A stretch of DNA of 56,471 nucleotides from Candidatus Adlerbacteria bacterium (GTDB taxonomy: Bacteria > Patescibacteriota > Minisyncoccia > Phycocordibacterales > SBAW01): the NCBI GenBank assembly GCA_029288895.1, contig JARIGK010000004.1, forward strand, positions 241,866-298,336, given 5' to 3'. The notes below the pieces were generated by a model. That model was not told the DNA's origin. It saw nothing but the letters and a program-made list of their open reading frames with translations, and ran no database searches. A program made the translations under genes and the position numbers. Below, in pieces: positions 17,692 to 26,021 of the stretch; the stretch's first letter is position 1; each line of letters opens with the position of its first letter.

Positions 17692-17976
17692 TTAGAGATA
17701 CTTTTCGCCGTAGGCACGCATCGCGCGTTCGATAGATTTGAGGCCGCGGCTTTTGGGCGTTGCCTGGTAGCAGTCGGGCCCGTGCGTTACGAGGCCTTGG
17801 CTTTCCAATTTTTTGAGCTTTAAGGTGAGGGTGCGGGTCGAGATGCCTGCGAGCGAGCGTTCCAAGTCGCAAAAGCGCTTGGGGCCCTCGAGCAGGTCGC
17901 GGATGATAAGCATGGTCCAGGTGTCCGACAGGAGTTCGGCTGTTTTTTGGACGGGGCAGGGGGCCGCGGTTTTCAT
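17692..17976 (-). CDS. HxlR-family winged-helix transcriptional regulator
   Basis: CPVQKTAELLSDTWTMLIIRDLLEGPKRFCDLERSLAGISTRTLTLKLKKLESQGLV. Confidence 0.85.
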   Translation of the reverse strand: MKTAAPCPVQKTAELLSDTWTMLIIRDLLEGPKRFCDLERSLAGISTRTLTLKLKKLESQGLVTHGPDCYQATPKSRGLKSIERAMRAYGEKYL

Positions 17977-17982
17977 ATCCCC

Positions 17983-17991
17983 AGTGTATCA
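17983..17991 (-). promoter_or_regulatory. extended -10 TGaTACACT, 6 nt before ATG 17976
   Basis: The minus strand reads TGaTACACTggggatATG. Confidence 0.5.
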
Positions 17992-17998
17992 CTATTCG

Positions 17999-18021
17999 AG
18001 TACTTTACAAAGTAAAGTACT
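17999..18021. promoter_or_regulatory. perfect 10-3-10 inverted repeat, candidate HxlR operator
   Basis: AGTACTTTAC-AAA-GTAAAGTACT, lying in the 85-bp divergent region between hxlR and the LUD gene. Confidence 0.55.
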
Positions 18022-18061
18022 AGCTGATAGACTGTATCCATATAATTAATCTTTCATAGAT

Positions 18062-18679
18062 ATGCAGTACGACATGCTCGCCAGTGACGATGTTCTCAAC
18101 GCTACAGTCGAAGCCTTGAAGGCGCGAAACTTTACTCCTGTGGTAGTTAACACTAAAGAAGAAGCCCTTGAGCATATTAAGAGCCTCATTCCGCAAGGCG
18201 CCTCCGTTATGAATGGCTCGTCGACTACGCTCCAGCAACTGGGCTTCGTCGATTACCTCAAAGGTGGGGCACATGGCTGGAATAACCTCCACGAAGCAAT
18301 CGTAAAGGAAGAGGATACTGCAAAGCAGGGCGAGCTCCGCCGCCAGGCACTTCTGTCCGACTATTACTTGGGCAGCGTCCATGCCTTGTCGCAAACTGGC
18401 GAGATGATTATTGCCTCTAACTCAGGCAGCCAACTGCCGCATATCGTTTACAGCTCGCCTAACGTTATCTTTGTTGTAGGTACGCAGAAGATCACGCCGT
18501 CGCTTGAAGAGGCTTCTAAGCGCTTGCGCGAGTATGTCGTACCGCTCGAGGACGCCCGTATGAAGTCGGTTGGTGCAGCGGGCACCGCGCTCAACAAAGA
18601 GTTTATCTTCCACGGCGAGCCGACCTATACTGGCCGCACTATTACCGTGCTTTTGGTCAAAGAACAGCTTGGGTTCTAA
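18062..18679 (+). CDS. LUD-domain (LutC/YkgG-like) protein
   Basis: GASVMNGSSTTLQQLG, LGSVHALSQTGEMIIASNSGSQL, IFVVGTQKITPSLEEA. Confidence 0.7.
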   Translation: MQYDMLASDDVLNATVEALKARNFTPVVVNTKEEALEHIKSLIPQGASVMNGSSTTLQQLGFVDYLKGGAHGWNNLHEAIVKEEDTAKQGELRRQALLSDYYLGSVHALSQTGEMIIASNSGSQLPHIVYSSPNVIFVVGTQKITPSLEEASKRLREYVVPLEDARMKSVGAAGTALNKEFIFHGEPTYTGRTITVLLVKEQLGF

Positions 18680-18690
18680 ATTACAAGAAA

Positions 18691-18699
18691 TGCTATACT
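18691..18699 (+). promoter_or_regulatory. extended -10 TGcTATACT, 8 nt before ATG 18708
   Basis: TGcTATACTagccatatATG. Confidence 0.55.
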
Positions 18700-18707
18700 A
18701 GCCATAT

Positions 18708-18947
18708 ATGAAACCAGTCACCATCTACACGACCCCGACCTGCCACTTCTGCAATTTGGCAAAAGAATTTTTTGCAGAAAAGAACGTTCAGTACACCGCC
18801 TACGATGTCTCGACAGATGCTGCAAAACGCGAAGAAATGATCAACCTCACGGGCCAGCTTGGCGTGCCAGTCATTGTTATCGACGACAGCATTATGGTTG
18901 GCTTTGACCGCGAAAAGGTTGCCGGCAAGCTCGGTATCGAGGCATAG
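18708..18947 (+). CDS. glutaredoxin-like protein (NrdH/YruB type)
   Basis: IYTTPTCHFCNLAKEFF (CxxC) and GVPVIVID. Confidence 0.85.
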   Translation: MKPVTIYTTPTCHFCNLAKEFFAEKNVQYTAYDVSTDAAKREEMINLTGQLGVPVIVIDDSIMVGFDREKVAGKLGIEA

Positions 18948-18974
18948 CAAAAACCTCCAATTTGCCGCATACTC

Positions 18975-18999
18975 AAAACCGACCCATTGGGTCGGTTTT
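18975..18999 (+). terminator. rho-independent terminator
   Basis: aaaaccgaccc-att-gggtcggtttt. Confidence 0.75.
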
Positions 19000-19018
19000 G
19001 ACTTGCCAATTAACGTTG

Positions 19019-19090
19019 GCCCCCATAGCTCAATGGATAGAGCAATCCCGTCCTAAGGGAAAGATCCGGGTTCGATTCCTAGTGGGGGCA
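19019..19090 (+). tRNA. tRNA-Arg(CCU), no encoded CCA
   Basis: Acceptor GCCCCCA/TGGGGGC, anticodon loop GTCCTAA, T-loop TTCGATT. There is one C-A mismatch in the T-stem and an A-A at the base of the anticodon stem. Confidence 0.75.
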
Positions 19091-19101
19091 CAAAGCGGGC
19101 G

Positions 19102-19110
19102 TGATACAAT
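19102..19110 (+). promoter_or_regulatory. extended -10 TGaTACAAT, 7 nt before ATG 19118
   Basis: TGaTACAATtttctgcATG. Confidence 0.55.
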
Positions 19111-19117
19111 TTTCTGC

Positions 19118-19396
19118 ATGGATACAGACATCGAAGAGCTAAGAGATTTGCTTAAGAAAAATATTGCACTTACAGAAGAGACGTATCGCATTGTGCAGAG
19201 CATGCGGAGTGCGGCGCGATGGTCGCGATTCTTCTCGCTTTTGTGGTGGGCAATTGTGTTGGCGGTCTCGGGTGCAACGTACTACTACTGGTTGCAACCG
19301 TATGTCGAAAAAGCACAGCAGGCCTACACAAGCGGCCAAGGCTTTGAGCAACAACTGCAGGATTACGTAAAGCAGTTTGGCGGCGGCCAGCAATAG
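19118..19396 (+). CDS. hypothetical small membrane protein (92 aa)
   Basis: Start moved to ATG 19118, because the listed 18962 start overlaps tRNA-Arg. One TM helix (FFSLLWWAIVLAVSGATYYYW). Confidence 0.55.
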   Translation: MDTDIEELRDLLKKNIALTEETYRIVQSMRSAARWSRFFSLLWWAIVLAVSGATYYYWLQPYVEKAQQAYTSGQGFEQQLQDYVKQFGGGQQ

Positions 19397-19441
19397 AAGA
19401 GCTATTCCAAAACAGGCCCTTTTTTGTTAGTATCTGCATAC

Positions 19442-19517
19442 GCCTGGGTAGCTCAGTTGGTAGAGCATTTCCCTGAAGAGGAAGGGGTCGCCGGTTCGAG
19501 CCCGGCCCCAGGCACCA
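19442..19517 (+). tRNA. tRNA-Phe(GAA), CCA encoded
   Basis: Acceptor GCCTGGG/CCCAGGC, anticodon loop CTGAAGA, T-arm GCCGG-TTCGAGC-CCGGC, then A-CCA. Confidence 0.95.
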
Positions 19518-19522
19518 GATGT

Positions 19523-19549
19523 AAAAATCGCCCCTGTGGGGCGATTTTT
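19523..19549. terminator. bidirectional rho-independent terminator (tRNA-Phe on the plus strand, hsp20 on the minus strand)
   Basis: aaaaatcgcccc-tgt-ggggcgattttt. Confidence 0.8.
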
Positions 19550-20060
19550 AGTTGGATTTAATTTTGAGTTTTGCTTGGCGGCCTTTGTCGAGCTTGGGGA
19601 GTTTGATTGTCAGCAGGCCGTGCTTCTCAGTTGCCTCGGCTTCTTCAATTTCTACTTCCTGGGGGAGTACGATAGTGCGGCTAAACGAGCCCCAGTACAG
19701 TTCCTGGAAGAAGAAATCGCCAGCGGTGCCTTCGGTGTGGCGTTCGCGCTTGCCGCGCAAGGTAACCATGTCGCGCGTGATAGAAACGTCCAAGTCTTCT
19801 GGGCGGACACCAGCGATCATAGCCTTGATGATGATGTGCGTGGGCGTCTGGTACACGTCGACAGCAAGCTCGCCCTCGGCTTCTACTTCGGGCTCTGCAC
19901 TATCTTCGACAGCGATATTGAGATGTTTCTCTGCGCGAGTTGCAGGAGTCTTGCCCGCGTAGGAAGAACCTCCGCTTTCGAGGTCTTCGAACGAATAATC
20001 TTGGTCAGCGGCGGTACCGCCGGTGAGCCATTCAAAAAGTGATCGTTTTTCTTTCGCCAT
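19548..20060 (-). CDS. Hsp20/alpha-crystallin small heat-shock protein
   Basis: LAVDVYQTPTHIIIKAMIAGVRPEDLDVSITRDMVTLRG .. FSRTIVLPQEV .. GLLTIKLPK. Confidence 0.9.
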   Translation of the reverse strand: MAKEKRSLFEWLTGGTAADQDYSFEDLESGGSSYAGKTPATRAEKHLNIAVEDSAEPEVEAEGELAVDVYQTPTHIIIKAMIAGVRPEDLDVSITRDMVTLRGKRERHTEGTAGDFFFQELYWGSFSRTIVLPQEVEIEEAEATEKHGLLTIKLPKLDKGRQAKLKIKSN

Positions 20061-20733
20061 AAGGATTTTTTATACGTTCTGTCATCAAAAGCGCGGCGAC
20101 GATACCTATCCAGATACAAAGGAAGATCCAGAAGGTCGCGCTTGCCCCTTGTTGCAGTATAAAAAAGTTAAATAGGGTGTGCAAGGAAATTGCGAGGATA
20201 ACTCCGCATAACGCGAAGCGTTTTCGCACTGCGGCCGACTTGTGGAACGACAGTGCGAGCGACATACCGATAGTGACAGACGCGAGTGTGTGCAAGAGCG
20301 TTGCGCCCATGAAGCGCAAATCTTCTGTTACAAGTGCACGCACGACATCGCCTTGTGCAAGCGGTGTCCACAGAAAGAGTGCATTTTCGAGCGCAGAAAA
20401 GCCAAGCGCTGCAGTAACCAAGTAGATGATCGCATCAAGCGGCTCGTCGTACACGGCAAAGCGTAAAGCGACGAAATAGGCGGCACCAAACTTGAGCAGC
20501 TCTTCTATAGCCGCCCACGACAGGAAGATAGAAATGCTGTTTGAAAAGAGGCCGGCAGTGTACTGCTCGGCAGGGAGCGCCAACAAGACGCCAAGCATGC
20601 CGCCGATAAAAGAAAGGATAATGTAGCGCTTTGGTTCCGGGTGGGCGCGGTCTTCAAGCAGCCAGAAGAAGAGCCAAATAAAAGCAGGGCATACGCCGCC
20701 CAAAAATGCGATAAGAAGAACGCCCGGGTTCAT
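20032..20733 (-). CDS. PrsW-family intramembrane metalloprotease
   Basis: Seven or more TM helices. AAIEELLKF, GFSALENALF, GATLLHTLAS. The 3' end overlaps the hsp20 start by 29 nt. Confidence 0.8.
   Translation of the reverse strand: MNPGVLLIAFLGGVCPAFIWLFFWLLEDRAHPEPKRYIILSFIGGMLGVLLALPAEQYTAGLFSNSISIFLSWAAIEELLKFGAAYFVALRFAVYDEPLDAIIYLVTAALGFSALENALFLWTPLAQGDVVRALVTEDLRFMGATLLHTLASVTIGMSLALSFHKSAAVRKRFALCGVILAISLHTLFNFFILQQGASATFWIFLCIWIGIVAALLMTERIKNPYGERKTITF
20069..20074 (-). promoter_or_regulatory. -10 box TATAAA, 8 nt before the hsp20 ATG 20060, inside the prsW 3' end
   Basis: The minus strand reads TATAAAaaatccttATG. Confidence 0.4.
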
Positions 20734-20741
20734 TACCTTTC

Positions 20742-20747
20742 AGTATA
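20742..20747 (-). promoter_or_regulatory. -10 box TATACT, 8 nt before ATG 20733
   Basis: The minus strand reads TATACTgaaaggtaATG. Confidence 0.4.
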
Positions 20748-20751
20748 CCGC

Positions 20752-22881
20752 CTACTTTGTCGGCCACGCCTCAACCATCAACAGTGATGTGTGCCCTGGA
20801 ATGCTCGTCCAGATTTCTTCTGTGAGGAATGGCATAAACGGATGAAGGAGTTTGAGGGAGTTCTCGAGGATGTAGTAGAGCGAGGCGCCGTACTCGGGCT
20901 TACCTTTGCTTTCTTCCAAAATCTGCGCAGCAAAACGATCCCACACATAGTGGTAGAGCTTTTCTGCAGCCATATAGATGCGGTACTCTTCGATGTCTTT
21001 GGTGACATCCGCGGCCATGGCATCAAACTCATCCTTCAACTCCTGTTTAACCTCGCCGGTGTTATCTTGCGAAAGAGTGAAGCGGGTGATATTCCAAATT
21101 TTATTTGCGAAGAGTTTATATGCTTTGATCTTTTGCTCGTCAAAACGGATGTCACTGCCAATAGCTGCGCCAATAATAAGCCCCATGCGGAGTGCATCCG
21201 CGCCGTACTTCTCAATCATATCGAGCGGGTCGACGCCATTGTTGAGCGATTTGCTGAACTTGCGCCCATCCTTTGCTCGGACTAGGCCATGGATCATAAC
21301 TTTTTTAAATGGCACTTGCCCCAAGTGGAAGGTGCTCATCAATATCATGCGAGATACCCACAATTGAAGAATCTCGTATGCAGGCGACATAAATGATGTC
21401 GGGTGGAAGTTCTTCAAATCAGCAGTTGCCTCGGGCCATCCAAGTGTCGAGAAGGTCCATAGCGCAGACGAGAACCATGTGTCGAGCACATCTGGATCTT
21501 GTTCCCATCCGTCGCCTGCTGGCGCTTCGACGCCGCAGTATGTTTCGTCGCCGCGGTACCACACAGGAATGCGGTGGCCAAACCAAATCTGGCGGCTGAT
21601 ACACCAGTCGTGCAAATTATCGATCCAATGGAAGTAGGTATTACGGAAACCTTCTTGTGGCATATCGACAGCGCCGCTTTCAACCGATGCGCGCATCAAT
21701 TTCTTGAGTGTCGTTTCGCTGCCGTTTTCAATACCTGGGATTTCTGAATGGGGGATCGTGAAGGGTCTGTCGACACCAATAAACCACTGTTCCATGATTT
21801 GCGGTTCAACAACGGCACCCGTGCGCTCCGAGATTGCGATGTTGTGGACGTACTCTTCATCGATTTTTACGACCAAGCCTTTTTCTTTGAGCCTCTCGAC
21901 TATCTTTTCGCGCGCTTCAGCAATCTTTATTCCGGCGAACTCGCCAGCAATGGGGAGGAGTTTGCCGTACTTGTCGATCACTTGTTGCTTCTCGAGCCCG
22001 TGGCGCTCGGCAATTTCAAAGTCAATAACAGAGTGCCATGGCGTAATGGTCATAGCGCCTGTGCCGATTTCTGGGTCGGAGGCAGTGTCTTTAATAACCG
22101 TCGCAGTAATGGGGCCATTGATCCATTCAAGTTCAATCTTTTGACCATGTTCAAAGTGCGCGTAGCGAGCGTCGTCGGGGTGTACTACGACGTACTTGTC
22201 GCCGAACTTTGTTTCGGGGCGTGCCGTGCCGATAACAAACGGGCCGTACTGCAGATAGTAGAATTTGCTCTTCTCCTCTTGATAGACCATCTCATCATCG
22301 GAAATTGTCGTCTGGCCCTTCGGGTCCCAGTTGACGATGCGATGGCCGCGGTAAATTAGCCCTGCTTCGTACATGCGTACAAATGCGGTAAACACGGCAC
22401 GGTCGCGCTTTTCGTCGAGTGTGTATGCGTAGCGCGACCAGTCGAGTGACGCGCCCATTCTGCGCACTTGATTCAAAATCGTGCTCTCGCTTTGCTTGGC
22501 AAATTCTTTGACGCGTTTAACTAATTCTTCGCGGCCAATGTCGTGGCGAGTCTTTCCTTCATCTTTTTGGAGATTTTTTTCGACGCGAGCCTGCGTTGCA
22601 ATAGCGGCAGAGTCGGTGCCCGGAATCCAGAGCGCTTTCTTTCCGCGCATGCGTTGGAAGCGGGTCACGATGTCTTGAAGTGTGTCCTCGTAGGCGTGGC
22701 CTAAGTGGAGCGTGCCCGTAACGTTTGGAGGCGGCAGGACAATAGTAAAGGGCTCGGTGCGGTCGCCCGGCAAGTTGTCGGGGTTAAAAAAGCCGCTGTC
22801 CTCCCACTTTTTATAGATAGAGGCTTCGGTGTTTTGGGGTTGGTAGGGAGTATTAAACTTCTCTGGGACCTTTTCTGGCAT
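20752..22881 (-). CDS. valS: valine--tRNA ligase, short form (709 aa)
   Basis: PPPNVTGTLHLGHAYE (HIGH motif), KFSKSLNN (KMSKS motif) and the editing-domain motif GTGAMTITPWHSVIDFE. It ends straight after the anticodon-binding helices, with no C-terminal coiled coil. Confidence 0.95.
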   Translation of the reverse strand: MPEKVPEKFNTPYQPQNTEASIYKKWEDSGFFNPDNLPGDRTEPFTIVLPPPNVTGTLHLGHAYEDTLQDIVTRFQRMRGKKALWIPGTDSAAIATQARVEKNLQKDEGKTRHDIGREELVKRVKEFAKQSESTILNQVRRMGASLDWSRYAYTLDEKRDRAVFTAFVRMYEAGLIYRGHRIVNWDPKGQTTISDDEMVYQEEKSKFYYLQYGPFVIGTARPETKFGDKYVVVHPDDARYAHFEHGQKIELEWINGPITATVIKDTASDPEIGTGAMTITPWHSVIDFEIAERHGLEKQQVIDKYGKLLPIAGEFAGIKIAEAREKIVERLKEKGLVVKIDEEYVHNIAISERTGAVVEPQIMEQWFIGVDRPFTIPHSEIPGIENGSETTLKKLMRASVESGAVDMPQEGFRNTYFHWIDNLHDWCISRQIWFGHRIPVWYRGDETYCGVEAPAGDGWEQDPDVLDTWFSSALWTFSTLGWPEATADLKNFHPTSFMSPAYEILQLWVSRMILMSTFHLGQVPFKKVMIHGLVRAKDGRKFSKSLNNGVDPLDMIEKYGADALRMGLIIGAAIGSDIRFDEQKIKAYKLFANKIWNITRFTLSQDNTGEVKQELKDEFDAMAADVTKDIEEYRIYMAAEKLYHYVWDRFAAQILEESKGKPEYGASLYYILENSLKLLHPFMPFLTEEIWTSIPGHTSLLMVEAWPTK

Positions 22882-22896
22882 ACGCCCAATCGTAGC

Positions 22897-23970
22897 CTAT
22901 TTTGGGGCTAAAATCGAGAACCGGTTGGAGTAGGCACGCAGCGGTTCGCGGGCCACGTCATCGATGCCAGAGAGGGCACGGGCGAGCGCGGCTTCGGCGA
23001 TCATAACGGCGTTGTCGCCCGTAATGGCAAGGTCCGGGAGGCGGATGTCGACGTTTGGGAATTCGTCGCGGATAAACATGACTAGTTTCTCGCGCAAATA
23101 TTTATTTGCCGCAACACCGCCGCCAATAACAAACGTCTGCGCGTTTGTTTCGTCCAGTGCGCGGCGTGTTTTTGCAATAAAAATGTCGCCCACAGCATCT
23201 TCGAACTCACGGGCGAATGCCATCTGCTGTTCGGTGCTCAAATGTTGTATGCCGCCCATGTCGCGCAGCGTATAGAGCACCGCAGTCTTGAGCCCTGAGA
23301 ACGATACATTCAAATTTTTGTCGTGCAGCATAGGGCGGGGGAGTTTTTTCTCCGACTGCAGGTTTGCTCTGCGCGCTTCTTCTGCCAATTTGGAAATCTG
23401 CGGGCCGCCAGGGTATGGGAGGCCGAGCATGCGCGCCACCTTGTCGAACGCTTCGCCCACGGCGTCGTCCTGTGTCTCACCGATGACTTCGTAGTTGAAC
23501 CATTCGCGCATCAGCACATACTCAGTGTGGCCGCCCGATATCAAAAGCCCGAGCACTGGCAGCTGTACATCTTCGAGTTTGCCGTTTTGTACAAGTGACG
23601 AGATCAAGTGGCCTTCCATGTGGTTGATTGCCAAGAGCGGAACGTTTTTTTCTTTCGCCAAATTCTCGGCAAACGTAATGCCGGCCCACAGCGCAGGCTC
23701 CAGGCCCGGCCCTTGTGTCACGGCAATGGCATCAATCTGCTCATCACTCGCGTCGCGAAGCGCCTGCTCCATAATGACAGGCAAATTCTTTTCGTGTTCG
23801 CGCTTGGCGAGGTTTGGGTAGACGCCGCCAAACTCTGCATGCAACTTTGCTTGCGAGTTAAGCGCCGCATTGCCAATTTGGGTAAAGGTAAAACCCTTCT
23901 CAGTTTTGACACCTTCTACCAGCGCGACGCCGGTCTCGTCGCAGCTTGTTTCAATCGCTAAAACTTTCAT
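22897..23970 (-). CDS. tsaD: tRNA N6-adenosine threonylcarbamoyltransferase TsaD
   Basis: MKVLAIETSCDETGVALVE, GPGLEPALWAGITFA, INHMEGHL. Confidence 0.95.
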   Translation of the reverse strand: MKVLAIETSCDETGVALVEGVKTEKGFTFTQIGNAALNSQAKLHAEFGGVYPNLAKREHEKNLPVIMEQALRDASDEQIDAIAVTQGPGLEPALWAGITFAENLAKEKNVPLLAINHMEGHLISSLVQNGKLEDVQLPVLGLLISGGHTEYVLMREWFNYEVIGETQDDAVGEAFDKVARMLGLPYPGGPQISKLAEEARRANLQSEKKLPRPMLHDKNLNVSFSGLKTAVLYTLRDMGGIQHLSTEQQMAFAREFEDAVGDIFIAKTRRALDETNAQTFVIGGGVAANKYLREKLVMFIRDEFPNVDIRLPDLAITGDNAVMIAEAALARALSGIDDVAREPLRAYSNRFSILAPK

Positions 23971-23980
23971 ACAAAACCTG

Positions 23981-24056
23981 TGGTGCGCGATACAGGACTC
24001 GAACCTGTGACCCTCCCCACGTCAAGGGGATGCTCTACCAACTGAGCTAACCGCGC
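23981..24056 (-). tRNA. tRNA-Val(GAC), CCA encoded
   Basis: The minus strand reads GCGCGGT..anticodon loop TTGACGT..ACAGG-TTCGAGT-CCTGT-ATCGCGC-A-CCA. The CCA lies 10 nt upstream of the tsaD ATG. Confidence 0.95.
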
Positions 24057-24098
24057 GTCCCCAAAACCATACATCAGTTTTGGGTCTTTTTCAACCCA

Positions 24099-24530
24099 TT
24101 ATGCCTGCTGTGTCGGCATGGGTGCAGGCTGGATGATGCCGAAGATATTACCCTCCGTGTCTTTGTAGTAGCGGAGTTGGCCCACGTTTGGAATGTCCGT
24201 TTTATCGCTCTGCGGGACGCCGCCTGCTGCTTCTATCTTCTGCATCGACTCGTCGATATTGGAGACGCCAATAATGCAGGTAAATGCATTTGGGCTTTTG
24301 CCGTTTTCGGGAAGCGGCGCATTACGCTTCATCATCCCGCCGTTGATACCGATGTCTTCCATTTTGACGCCTTTAGCCATGTCATCCATGCTTGGGCCAG
24401 TCATGATCGTCCGGTAGCCACCATATTCTTCGCCTAATTGCTGGAAGGTCCAGCCAAACGCTGCTTCATAAAACTTCTGCGCGCGGTCCATGTCATCTGC
24501 CATAATCTCGAAATGTACAACTCTGTTCAT
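24099..24530 (-). CDS. VOC (glyoxalase/bleomycin-resistance fold) family protein
   Basis: VVHFEIMADDMDRAQKFYEAAFGW .. GQLRYYKDTEGNIFGIIQ. Confidence 0.8.
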   Translation of the reverse strand: MNRVVHFEIMADDMDRAQKFYEAAFGWTFQQLGEEYGGYRTIMTGPSMDDMAKGVKMEDIGINGGMMKRNAPLPENGKSPNAFTCIIGVSNIDESMQKIEAAGGVPQSDKTDIPNVGQLRYYKDTEGNIFGIIQPAPMPTQQA

Positions 24531-24673
24531 AGTAGTGTTGAGTTACGTAATAATGTGCGCGTTTAGTATACCAAGGTGATATTGAAGAGTTCATGTGGGG
24601 TACAGTAGGCCTGGTGCATACTTCCACATCTAGGGGTCGACATTAGTAGTCCGCTAAATCTCGAACAAAATGT

Positions 24674-24871
24674 ATGTGGCAACAATGGGTAACCGCCGTT
24701 TTGGGTTTGGTAGCAATTGCGGTGCCGTTTATGGCACTTTCGGCTAGTGCCCTCGCATGGACGCTTATTATAGGCGGGATTGCAACGGCAGTACTCTCGG
24801 TCTGGACCGCAATGCGCGAGCAGTCCGCAGAGTACCATCAGCAGACGTTGAGAGAAATACGGCAGACTTAA
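24674..24871 (+). CDS. hypothetical small 2-TM membrane protein (65 aa)
   Basis: WVTAVLGLVAIAVPFMAL and WTLIIGGIATAVLSVWTAM helices, followed by the terminator at 24906. Confidence 0.5.
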   Translation: MWQQWVTAVLGLVAIAVPFMALSASALAWTLIIGGIATAVLSVWTAMREQSAEYHQQTLREIRQT

Positions 24872-24905
24872 AGATTGAGCATGGCTCACACCTGCATGAA
24901 GCAAC

Positions 24906-24932
24906 ACGGCTCACGCCATATACGTGAGCCGT
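24906..24932. terminator. 10-bp hairpin, probably a bidirectional terminator
   Basis: acggctcacg-ccatata-cgtgagccgt. Confidence 0.65.
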
Positions 24933-24947
24933 CGTTGTTTGTGTGTA

Positions 24948-25037
24948 TGGCGGAGAGGGAGAGATTCGAACTCTCGATGCAGTTTCCCACATGCCTGATT
25001 TCGAGTCAGGTGCCTTCGACCACTCAGCCACCTCTCC
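24948..25037 (-). tRNA. tRNA-Ser(CGA), long variable arm, CCA encoded
   Basis: The minus strand reads GGAGAGG..CCTGA-CTCGAAA-TCAGG..variable arm..GAGAG-TTCGAAT-CTCTC-CCTCTCC-G-CCA. Confidence 0.95.
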
Positions 25038-25053
25038 GTGTTGTGTTTTCTTG

Positions 25054-25125
25054 TGACCCTACGGGGAATCGAACCCCGATTAACGGCTTGAAAAGCCGGC
25101 GTCCTAACCGTTAGACGATAGGGCC
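25054..25125 (-). tRNA. tRNA-Glu(UUC), no encoded CCA
   Basis: The minus strand reads GGCCCTA..anticodon loop TTTTCAA..CGGGG-TTCGATT-CCCCG-TAGGGTC-A. Confidence 0.85.
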
Positions 25126-25138
25126 AATCAGCCACATA

Positions 25139-26017
25139 CTATCGTTTTTGTGTCAAAAACGCCAGTATCGCCATGGCAACACCGTGCGGATTGTTCAAGA
25201 TGCTGACGTGGTTAGTTTCTGGAAGGACTACCAACTGTGAGCCTTTAATGTGGCGGTGGATGTCTTCTGAGATCTCGATTGGGAAGATGCCGTCGTGCTC
25301 GCCCGCAATAATAAGCGTCGGTACTGATATGTTGGCTAACATGCTCGCAATGTCGAGCGTAATAAGTTCGCGGCTCAACAGCAAATAACTGCGAAGCGAG
25401 TTGTAAAAGATAGTGCGTGCTAACCCAAACGGCTCAAACTCTTTGTGGTGCTTGCCTTCTGGGTAGGTTGAGTGCCAGCCGTGTTTTTTGTACGGCGGTG
25501 GGCTCATGAATGCACCGATGTGGATAATACCTAGTGCCAATGTGTGCAGAATTTTTGATGAGAGGTATGCAGGTGGGCGATGCGAGCCTGCGATAAGTAC
25601 GAGGCCAGAAATTGTGTCGCTGTGGTGCGCGGCATAGCGAGCAGAAAGGATTGCGCCGCCGCTGTGGCCTACGAGCAGAGGCTTCTCTATTTTCTCGGCG
25701 TGCATCACGGCAGCGATATCTTCGTCGATACGTTCTGCTTTGTAGTCGCGTACTTTCTTCGGATGGCCGGAGTAACCATGCCCACGTACGTCTATGGAAA
25801 TAGTTGAGTACCCCTGCGCGTTCAACAGGGTGCGCACATACTGCCAGCCATCCGTGTCGCCACCAATGCCGTGCACTAAGAACAATGTTGGGGATGCCGG
25901 AGCAGAACTTCTCCGCGGTTCGTCAGAACCGATCGGAAAGTTTTGCGCAGGCTTGGATACTTCGTAATAAATATCCGTGCCATCAGCACTCTGGATAGTA
26001 TTCGTCCAGACCTTCAT
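25139..26017 (-). CDS. alpha/beta-fold hydrolase
   Basis: Start moved to ATG 26017 (MKVWTNT), 4 nt after the trxB-like stop. LFLVHGIGGD and the nucleophile elbow LLVGHSGGA. Confidence 0.75.
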   Translation of the reverse strand: MKVWTNTIQSADGTDIYYEVSKPAQNFPIGSDEPRRSSAPASPTLFLVHGIGGDTDGWQYVRTLLNAQGYSTISIDVRGHGYSGHPKKVRDYKAERIDEDIAAVMHAEKIEKPLLVGHSGGAILSARYAAHHSDTISGLVLIAGSHRPPAYLSSKILHTLALGIIHIGAFMSPPPYKKHGWHSTYPEGKHHKEFEPFGLARTIFYNSLRSYLLLSRELITLDIASMLANISVPTLIIAGEHDGIFPIEISEDIHRHIKGSQLVVLPETNHVSILNNPHGVAMAILAFLTQKR

Positions 26018-26021
26018 AGGG

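Noticed and set aside
17621-17992. A 123-aa minus-strand ORF.
   Set aside because: It overlaps tRNA-Gly and is out of frame with the clearly recognisable HxlR regulator (17692..17976).
18962-19117. The listed N-terminal extension of the 144-aa ORF.
   Set aside because: It runs through a terminator and the whole of tRNA-Arg. ATG 19118 has an extended -10 box 7 nt upstream.
24563-25135. ORFs at 24563..24907, 24768..25031, 24875..25114 and 24911..25135.
   Set aside because: They overlap tRNA-Ser and tRNA-Glu and a terminator. They are translations of tRNA genes, not proteins.
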